Virus record (IMG/VR): IMGVR_UViG_3300009285_000029
DNA length: 39,981 bases
Reading direction: 5' to 3' (one strand)
Source: a virus
Positions 13,990 to 20,763 of this stretch are shown piece by piece (within the stretch, counting starts at the first letter, position 1; each line of letters starts with the position of its first letter). The translations under genes were made by a program, and so were the position numbers. The notes below the pieces were generated by a model, which saw only the letters and a program-made list of their open reading frames with translations, had not been told where the DNA came from and ran no database searches.

Positions 13990-13995
13990 CCAGGC

Positions 13996-14520
13996 ATGAA
14001 CAAGCAGCAGACGACCGAGGTTGTCTACGAGCGCAACGAGCGGGGGCAGTTCGTTACTCTACCTGAGCCTGCGAAGCACCACCGTATAACCACATCTGAA
14101 AAAGCCCGAGAACTCCTACGTACTCGCTGGGATGCATATCGAGAAGCCCAAGAGCAAGGACTAATGAACGGGGCTTCCGCCAGGACAGCGCCAGAGGCTT
14201 GGGGTCGCGTCGTCGAGAAGCAAACCCGCGTCGCCATCAAAGGCAGTGGCCACGTCGCCAACGGCGCGGCGGACTTTGTCCGGAAGGTTGTGATGGGTGA
14301 CGCGCCGGAGGAGGAGCGCGGCCCGACCACGGTAAACAACGTGTTGGTGCTGATCCAGCGCGCCGCGGCTGAGGAGGCGGGGGACCCGGCTGGCGCGGCT
14401 GGCGAGGTCGTGGAAGGCGAGGCGGTTGACATTCCGTCTGTGGTAGTTGAGGCCACACCACCCGCAGCGACGCCGACACCGGGCAGCACGGGCGAGGCGG
14501 CAACCGAAGGCGACGGATGA
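13996..14520 (+). CDS. Hypothetical protein (174 aa), small-terminase candidate by position only
   Basis: ATG 13996 (MNKQQTTEVVYERNERGQ...). The track ORF extension back to 13483 overlaps minus-strand genes and the promoter. The C-terminus is Ala/Glu/Pro-rich and acidic. Confidence 0.65.
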   Translation: MNKQQTTEVVYERNERGQFVTLPEPAKHHRITTSEKARELLRTRWDAYREAQEQGLMNGASARTAPEAWGRVVEKQTRVAIKGSGHVANGAADFVRKVVMGDAPEEERGPTTVNNVLVLIQRAAAEEAGDPAGAAGEVVEGEAVDIPSVVVEATPPAATPTPGSTGEAATEGDG

Positions 14521-14739
14521 CGGCGGGCGCACAGTTACCCATTGGTCGGCGAGCGAGGACGGGACGGTCTCACCAGGGCAGGCGAGGTGATATGTGGGTC
14601 GAGGACTACTGGTCAGGCAAGGGTGAGCGATGGTTGATGAGTGACGAGGAGATATAACAAATGTGCAGAGCGGCGGGGGAGGGGGGATGTTGGTTGTGGT
14701 GATTATATGCGTCTTACCGGGTTCCCTTACGTGCGAGTG

Positions 14740-14748
14740 TGATATACT
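14740..14748 (+). promoter_or_regulatory. Extended -10 promoter candidate upstream of the packaging genes
   Basis: TGaTATACT read at 14740-14748. The -35 is weak. Confidence 0.35.
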
Positions 14749-14789
14749 GAAAATACGTCGATTGGCTTTGTAAGTAAAAGGAGTTTGTG

Positions 14790-14909
14790 ATGTTCAACCG
14801 TCGAGCACCCTTTATCAATCGCACCGGAAGCAGCATTGAAGTCAACTGTGTTCTCTTTTGCCTTGCCTGGCTGAGGGAGGGCAAAAGAAGGCTGATCGTT
14901 CAGTTCTAA
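14790..14909 (+). CDS. Possible micro-ORF (39 aa)
   Basis: AAAGGAG lies 7 nt upstream of the ATG. Translation is MFNRRAPFINRTGSSIEVNCVLFCLAWLREGKRRLIVQF*. The region also folds (cttttgcc...ggcaaaag), so it may instead be non-coding. Confidence 0.3.
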   Translation: MFNRRAPFINRTGSSIEVNCVLFCLAWLREGKRRLIVQF

Positions 14910-14923
14910 GAAAGGAGTCTAAG

Positions 14924-15388
14924 ATGGCACCAAACCCAAAACGGAGAGAAAAGATAAAGGGGATGCAGCAACAGTACAAGTCAGGGAACTTGCCTCCATT
15001 ACCACCGAATGCGCCGCCGAAAGTCAAGTCGGCATACGAGCAATTTCAAAGTGGCGGCATACCCAAGATGCCCACGTACACACCTGGGAGTCATCCTGCG
15101 CCCGGTGGTGGGAGTGGAGGGACAGCCAATCCGAGGCCGTGGAGGGGAGTAAGGAATCCGACGCAGGCTCAGCTGACAGAGTGGCTGGCTGGGTCTGGGC
15201 TAACGCAGGACCAGGCGATAGCGAGGCTGCAAGCCAATAGAAAAGAGAAAAAGAAAGACGGAGGAGGCACAGGGGGTGACACTACAGACACTACAGACAC
15301 TACAGACACTACAGACACTTCAACCACGACGAAGAAGCCGAAGAAGCCGGGTGGCAAGAGGGGGCCGACGACGTACAAGCCTATGTAA
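14924..15388 (+). CDS. Basic Lys/Pro/Gly-rich protein with a (DTT)4 repeat, small-terminase or DNA-binding candidate
   Basis: ATG 14924 (MAPNPKRREKIKG...) is preceded by AAGGAG. A possible HTH reads TQAQLTEWLAGSGLTQDQAIARL. Lies immediately upstream of the terminase region. Confidence 0.7.
   Translation: MAPNPKRREKIKGMQQQYKSGNLPPLPPNAPPKVKSAYEQFQSGGIPKMPTYTPGSHPAPGGGSGGTANPRPWRGVRNPTQAQLTEWLAGSGLTQDQAIARLQANRKEKKKDGGGTGGDTTDTTDTTDTTDTSTTTKKPKKPGGKRGPTTYKPM
15278..15322 (+). repeat. 9-bp tandem repeat gacactaca x4, plus one degenerate unit
   Basis: Read directly. Encodes DTTDTTDTTDTTDTS. Confidence 0.9.
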
Positions 15389-15390
15389 AA

Positions 15391-15609
15391 ATGGCAACCT
15401 GGGCGGACGTTCCACGAACCGAGGCAAAAGCGAAACTGCTCAGCTGCCTAAGCTGTGGAGGAGTGAAACCCGAGGAGCGATTCAAAATCTGTGAGCAATG
15501 CGGCGTCCCCATCTGTCTTGACTGCACCACCAATCCCTGCTGGTATTGCGGAGAAGAACGTCGGGGACGAAGTAGAGCGGATCAAGAAACGGGCCGGGGC
15601 AATACTTAG
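15391..15609 (+). CDS. Cys-rich double zinc-ribbon protein (72 aa)
   Basis: Four CxxC pairs: CLSCGG...CEQCG...CLDC...CWYCG. ATG lies 2 nt after the upstream stop. The 3' end overlaps the longest form of the terminase ORF in another frame. Confidence 0.55.
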   Translation: MATWADVPRTEAKAKLLSCLSCGGVKPEERFKICEQCGVPICLDCTTNPCWYCGEERRGRSRADQETGRGNT

Positions 15610-17275
15610 CTTCTTAGAGGCGAGGGAGGAGAAGGCGCAGGCAAAGGTCTGGAGGGCCGCGTTGCGCGTATTGAATGGAGAGTTGGGGGAAGTGAAGGAG
15701 GAAGAGGTCATACAGGCGTGGCAGGAGGAACTGCTGCCCGCCTTCGTTCAGTTGAACGATAACCCGATGGGGTATTCGGGGTACTACGAGTTGGTGTGGG
15801 GCGAGGAGTGGCCGGAGCACTGCTGGGATTGGGCGAACCTTTATTACGAGGCACACGAGGAGGGGATGTACTCGCTCATCGAAGCCTTTCGAGGCAGCAT
15901 CAAGTCCACGTTCAATTCATTGTTCGTCAGCTTTCGCGTGGGCCATGAACCGGCCAAAATCAACCTTATAATCTCGTCCAGCGACGACAAGGTGAAAGAG
16001 ATCGGGGAACTGATCGCCAACGTGATCAAATACAACAAGGCGTGGCAGCGCATCTTCCCTCACGTGGTGCCGGACGAACAGGGGCATTGGAGCGTGGAGG
16101 CAGGATACAGCGTCTGGGACAATCGAGTGCCTTACCCGGAGTGGACGCAAAAGACGATGGTGGAGGGAGGGCGCGCGCCCACGGTGAAGGTGGCGAGCTA
16201 CAACAGCCAGTACCTGCCGGGGCCGCACCCGACAGGCGTGCTGATGATCGACGACATCCACACCGAAAAGAACTCGGAGTCGCAGCGGGAACTGCTGAGG
16301 GTGAAAAGTGTGGTAACGAGGATCCTCGTGCCTGTGATTGAACCGGAGACCTGGTTCTTGATAAACGGAACGCCCTTCAACTTTGCTGACGTCGTGGCCT
16401 GGGCCAAGATCAACAAGAGATTCAAGAGCATGAGCACGCCGGTGAGGAAAGAGGATGGGACACCGGCGTGGCCGCAGAAGTGGAACGAGGGCGCCATCGA
16501 GAGGCAGAGGGAAACGATGAACGATGACGTGGCCTTCGCACAGATGTACGAACTCAACCTAGAAAAGGCGAAGGGGCAGGTGCTAAAAAAGGTGTGGCTC
16601 GAACCCTACTTCCCCGCGGCCGAGACCAAACCGAAGGACTGGCTCGCCTTTGGCTTTATTGACTACACCTCGACCTCGCGGCCTGATAAGCAACAGTCGG
16701 ATTACTTTTCACTCGCTATCGGATTGCTGCCGCCGAGGTCACGATTTCTCTTGCTCGTGGACGGCATCTACGCCAGGCTGGACCAGGACGACGCCCAGGA
16801 ACTGGCGGTGGCGAAGATACTGGAATACCCGAAGATGATGGTGGTGGGGGTGGAGGCGCTTTTCTCGGGGAAGGAATATCAAAACACGCTGGCCCAGAAC
16901 CAATACCTGCTTTCAGCCGGCATCGTGCCGAGGGCGTGCCGGGGAGGGCCGTGGGCGAAATCGAAGGGCTACCGCTTCGAGAAGATTTTGGCTCCACGCT
17001 TCAAGAGTGGCATGGTCAGGATCACAGACGAGGAGAACGAATATCTGAACGCCCTCAAAAGCGAATGGGTGGGCTGGCAAGGGGACGCGCTGGCCGCGCT
17101 TGGACATGACGACGCCCTCGACACGGCCTTTGGCGCGTTGTGGATGGCAATGCCCTACCTGCCCGTGGACGAGTATTCGATCAACACCGTGGCCGAGACC
17201 TTGAATTTGGAGGCGGGCGGCGGGGAGCAGAAAGTGAAACCTGATGCTATGCTTCAAGCTTATGCGAGGAAATGA
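15491..17275 (+). CDS. terL: Terminase large subunit
   Basis: Walker A-like AFRGSIKST, Walker B-like GVLMIDDIH, coupling motif INGTP, and nuclease-domain acidic motifs FGFIDYTST, VGVEA and GHDDALDTA. The start is uncertain: GTG 15491, or in-frame TTG 15662 (GGAGGG 5 nt upstream), which would avoid the overlap with 15391..15609. Confidence 0.9.
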   Translation: MSNAASPSVLTAPPIPAGIAEKNVGDEVERIKKRAGAILSFLEAREEKAQAKVWRAALRVLNGELGEVKEEEVIQAWQEELLPAFVQLNDNPMGYSGYYELVWGEEWPEHCWDWANLYYEAHEEGMYSLIEAFRGSIKSTFNSLFVSFRVGHEPAKINLIISSSDDKVKEIGELIANVIKYNKAWQRIFPHVVPDEQGHWSVEAGYSVWDNRVPYPEWTQKTMVEGGRAPTVKVASYNSQYLPGPHPTGVLMIDDIHTEKNSESQRELLRVKSVVTRILVPVIEPETWFLINGTPFNFADVVAWAKINKRFKSMSTPVRKEDGTPAWPQKWNEGAIERQRETMNDDVAFAQMYELNLEKAKGQVLKKVWLEPYFPAAETKPKDWLAFGFIDYTSTSRPDKQQSDYFSLAIGLLPPRSRFLLLVDGIYARLDQDDAQELAVAKILEYPKMMVVGVEALFSGKEYQNTLAQNQYLLSAGIVPRACRGGPWAKSKGYRFEKILAPRFKSGMVRITDEENEYLNALKSEWVGWQGDALAALGHDDALDTAFGALWMAMPYLPVDEYSINTVAETLNLEAGGGEQKVKPDAMLQAYARK

Positions 17276-19209
17276 CCATGCCTGAGACCAAAGACTACTA
17301 TCTCGGCCTCATCCGAGAAATGATCGACGATGACAAGGACAGGGACAAACTCGTTCAGAAGGTGGACGAAATCTTCTACATGGATTGGAAGATCGACGAG
17401 GACTTCCGCAAACTGGGAGTGAGAGAAATGATTGACTCCAGTGGCCACGACGTCGTCAACCAGGCCGCTGCCATCTACTCCAAGTCCATGCCGATGATAA
17501 CTATCTCGCCGCTTTCGAGCGCCAAGCTGACGCCGGAGCGGATCAACGACATCGAGACCTGGCTGAGGGCTACGCTCGAACTGGCCTGGATGCGGCAAAA
17601 CAACAACGGCTTACGGTCGCTGGTGCAATCCGTATTCCTGTACGACGAGATCATCACCCAGGTGAACTTTCTGCCCTGGCAGATAGAGGCGTGGAAGAGT
17701 TTTGGGCGTGACGTCCGCTCCATGCAGGAGACCCTGCGCTACGGGAACTTCTCGCTGCCCGTGCTGCATCCGGCTAATGTGCACGCGAGATATTCGGATA
17801 ATATGGCCGAACGCCTCGTAACCGTGAGAGTGGACAAGATCGACAACTTGGTTGCGCGCTACGGGGAAACGCTGATGAAGCCATTGACCGACAGCGTGGG
17901 TTGGCAGAAGAGGCCAGCTAACAATAAGCTGAACGCGGGCATGCGCTATGCCACGCTTTATGATTACATTGACCGTGAGGCGCACGTGATGCTCGCCACG
18001 CCATCGTCTACGTTCTCGGCAGCCAACGTCAACTCCGGCCTGGTGCTGATGAACCAGAAAAGAAAGGAGCCGTTCTTGCCCTATGCATCCAGGATTGGGG
18101 GAGGCCCGCCGATGCGCTCCGGCAAAGTGCAGCGGCTGCCCATGCTTTACCCCATTGTGGAGACGGGCATGTGGGAGGACGTGAACCTGCTCGATTCGCT
18201 CAACTTCTGGGACGCGACGAAGCGCATGGGAGCGCAGAGGTATTGGTACGAGGGCGTCGGCGGCGAGAAAGTCTTCATCAAGTATTTCACCCACGAAGAC
18301 ATTCTACGTATGCCTCCTGGTACTGTGCTTAACGAACTGCCCGTACCCCCGATTGACCAGAACATCGAATACTTGATCTCGAAACTGAGGGCGCGCATGG
18401 AAGCCAGCTCGATGTCCAATGTGCTGCGAGGCTACGAGCCACAATCCGGCGTGGCCTACGCAAGCATCAATCTGGCGGCGGCATCGGCCGTGAAACGGAT
18501 CGGGCCGATGGTGAGGCTGGCGGAGAACGCCATCGCTGACATCTGCCGCGTGATGCTGGAATGGCACGCATTCACCGGCACGCCTCTTTGGATGCCCGGC
18601 ATGGAAGAAGTTATCCTGGCCCAAGACATTCCGGTGCAGACCCTCTACATCGACGTGAAGCTGGCCGAGGAAGACGCGCTGGATAAGACCAGCAAGATGA
18701 ACCAGGCGCTCATGGCTTACCGCGAGGGCCTGGTGGACCGGCGCGGGGCCATCGAACTGAGCGGCGAGACGAACCCGGATAGTGTTGTCAATAAGGTCAG
18801 AAGCGACAGCTTCGAGAACGCGGCGATGGAGGCTGAGGTGGCTTCGTTCGCCGCCAACCAGCAGCTTATCAACCAGATGAAGGCCGGGGGCTTCCCGATC
18901 ATGGCGCAGAGATTGGCGGCGGGGGACCCGGTGGCGATGCAGATATTCCAGATGATGGAGCAGGTGGCGGCGCAGGCGACGCAGCAACCCGAGCTCGCGG
19001 GACAGCAAAATGGGCGAGGGCCTGTGGAACAGGGAACGCCCGCCAACCCAGAGAACGAATTGCAGGATATGAGAGGCGCGATGATGGAGGGCAGGGAGGG
19101 GCCGCTGTTCAACCGCGCCGAAGGCGGGATAACCAGCGAGGGTTCGGATGGCTTGGACACCTTCGAGGGCCGTACCGGAACCGACCGCGCCGGCAATGAA
19201 ATCCTATGA
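17272..19209 (+). CDS. Portal protein
   Basis: 645 aa. ATGA overlap with the terminase stop. Size and position immediately after terL are typical, and the C-terminus is acidic and Gln-rich. Confidence 0.75.
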   Translation: MTMPETKDYYLGLIREMIDDDKDRDKLVQKVDEIFYMDWKIDEDFRKLGVREMIDSSGHDVVNQAAAIYSKSMPMITISPLSSAKLTPERINDIETWLRATLELAWMRQNNNGLRSLVQSVFLYDEIITQVNFLPWQIEAWKSFGRDVRSMQETLRYGNFSLPVLHPANVHARYSDNMAERLVTVRVDKIDNLVARYGETLMKPLTDSVGWQKRPANNKLNAGMRYATLYDYIDREAHVMLATPSSTFSAANVNSGLVLMNQKRKEPFLPYASRIGGGPPMRSGKVQRLPMLYPIVETGMWEDVNLLDSLNFWDATKRMGAQRYWYEGVGGEKVFIKYFTHEDILRMPPGTVLNELPVPPIDQNIEYLISKLRARMEASSMSNVLRGYEPQSGVAYASINLAAASAVKRIGPMVRLAENAIADICRVMLEWHAFTGTPLWMPGMEEVILAQDIPVQTLYIDVKLAEEDALDKTSKMNQALMAYREGLVDRRGAIELSGETNPDSVVNKVRSDSFENAAMEAEVASFAANQQLINQMKAGGFPIMAQRLAAGDPVAMQIFQMMEQVAAQATQQPELAGQQNGRGPVEQGTPANPENELQDMRGAMMEGREGPLFNRAEGGITSEGSDGLDTFEGRTGTDRAGNEIL

Positions 19210-19430
19210 GCGTGAGAGAGGATGAGGTCTTTCTTATTTCCGCACGCCTGGAGGCGCGCAAGGCGCACGCCGAGTTCCTCGCACGCCATTTCGAGGGCCG
19301 AGGAACACCCGCCCCGCACGGCCTCGACCCTTTCGCGCCGGAGATCACCGCGGCTTTGAAGTCGCTTCTCGCACAACTACAGGCAAAGGTACAGGAACAG
19401 GTCGATGGGACAGAAGGTAGATTACCTTAG
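19206..19430 (+). CDS. Hypothetical small protein (74 aa)
   Basis: ATGA overlap with the portal stop. Helical-looking sequence. Confidence 0.5.
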   Translation: MSVREDEVFLISARLEARKAHAEFLARHFEGRGTPAPHGLDPFAPEITAALKSLLAQLQAKVQEQVDGTEGRLP

Positions 19431-20763
19431 GTCGCTCCCGAAGTCGCTGCAACCCGAGGCGCAGAAACTTTTCGCGCAGGGGAAATCGGTTGACTTCGTA
19501 AGTAAGCAGCTTGGCTACTACGACGTGCCAAAAACCGTCACGGTGGGGGGCGGCCTCAGCACGCCATCTGACATTGCAAACTATTATTATGGGGACCCAC
19601 GCGCCTATGGCGCGATCCTGAATGACCCCCGCAATGCCCAGTTCATCAGTTACGACAGCGCCGGAAATATGTTCTTTAACTTGCAGCCGGGAGACCAGCT
19701 TTACCTGCCCTCGAGCTTCAGCGGCTACGTAAGCCCACGGACGGCGGGAGCGCAGCCCGTGCCTGGCGCGGCCACCTACGCGGAGTTGCAAGCGGCCAAG
19801 GAAGCAGAGGAGGCAGCGGCAGCGGCAGCGGCAGCCCCAAGTTCCGGGGTGATGGGTTCGGGTTTGGAGAATGCCAACCTCCAGGCCCAATTAGGCATTG
19901 GAGTGGCATACCAAACCGCACCTTCGGGCAGACATGGGGTTGGCGCAAGGCCTCCGTGGGAAACCATGTCGGGCGGGGCCACAACTACAAGCACGGGCCT
20001 AAAATCAGAGGATTTACCCAAATACCAGCCGCCGCCTAAACTCGGAGCGGCTTACCAGACCTCGCCCTCGGGACGCAGCGGTGTGGGCGCGCGGCCAGCG
20101 GGAGAGACAAACCAGGCTTACAACCAGGTCTACATCGAGACCTACAAGACATTCGTGGGCCAGGGCTTCGAGCCAGGCTACGCTGCTTATCGAGCCAAGA
20201 TTGCCGCCAACTCTGCTAGTGGCGTTTCGGCTGTGGGAACAGCGCCCACTTCTCAGACGCCGCCCAAGACCGCCGCCGAATCCGTGGGACAGGTCACGGA
20301 GAGCTACGACGCCTTTGCTAATCAAAAGCAGGTCGAGGGAGACCTGACCAGACAAATCACAGAGGACGCCCGCCGTGTTGTCCAGGCTATTGAGTATGCT
20401 TTGCAAATTGGTGATCGCAACCAGATGCCTGTCACCATCGGGGAGGCGGTGACAAAGGTTCTTAGGGATTTCTACGGGTACGCAACGGTAGAGGAGGCGA
20501 TGAAACTGCTCGGTTATATTCAAGTGGCCAAAAATATCTGGTGGCGTCTTGATCCAACCGCGCCGGACAATGACCTCAGCCTCTATTCCGCGGGCATCTC
20601 CTACGGCGGCGGGTCTGGCTTCAACTACTACGGCGGAGGCGGTGGAGGCTATGGTGGAGGCGGTGGTGGAGGTGGCTATGGTGGAGGTGGGCATGGCTCC
20701 GGATACTCCAACTATGGGAACGCGATCATGTGGGAGGCCTCCGCGCTCTTCGGGGGCAGGTAG
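19405..20763 (+). CDS. Virion-module protein with an N-terminal LysM-like motif, an internal duplicated motif and a Gly/Tyr-rich C-terminus
   Basis: TVTVGGGLSTPSDIANYYYGDPRAYGAILNDPRNAQF...LQPGDQLYLP fits LysM (Y.V..GDTL..IA..Y......L...N......L..GQ.L.IP). AYQTAPSGRHGVGARP and AYQTSPSGRSGVGARP are duplicated. The C-terminus reads GGGSGFNYYGGGGGGYGGGGGGGGYGGGGHGSGYSNYG. Confidence 0.75.
   Translation: MGQKVDYLRSLPKSLQPEAQKLFAQGKSVDFVSKQLGYYDVPKTVTVGGGLSTPSDIANYYYGDPRAYGAILNDPRNAQFISYDSAGNMFFNLQPGDQLYLPSSFSGYVSPRTAGAQPVPGAATYAELQAAKEAEEAAAAAAAAPSSGVMGSGLENANLQAQLGIGVAYQTAPSGRHGVGARPPWETMSGGATTTSTGLKSEDLPKYQPPPKLGAAYQTSPSGRSGVGARPAGETNQAYNQVYIETYKTFVGQGFEPGYAAYRAKIAANSASGVSAVGTAPTSQTPPKTAAESVGQVTESYDAFANQKQVEGDLTRQITEDARRVVQAIEYALQIGDRNQMPVTIGEAVTKVLRDFYGYATVEEAMKLLGYIQVAKNIWWRLDPTAPDNDLSLYSAGISYGGGSGFNYYGGGGGGYGGGGGGGGYGGGGHGSGYSNYGNAIMWEASALFGGR

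Noticed and set aside
13483-13995. N-terminal 171-codon extension of ORF 13483..14520
   Set aside because: The extension overlaps three minus-strand genes that have RBSs and coupling, and it also overlaps the divergent promoter region. A TTGCAT-N17-TACAAT promoter points exactly at the internal ATG 13996.
17245-17253. TGCTATGCT 9-mer inside the terL 3' end, identical to the candidate -10 at 27504-27512, as a portal promoter
   Set aside because: There is no -35 (GAGCAG at the proper spacing). A single 9-mer match in about 80 kb of two-strand sequence is close to chance expectation.
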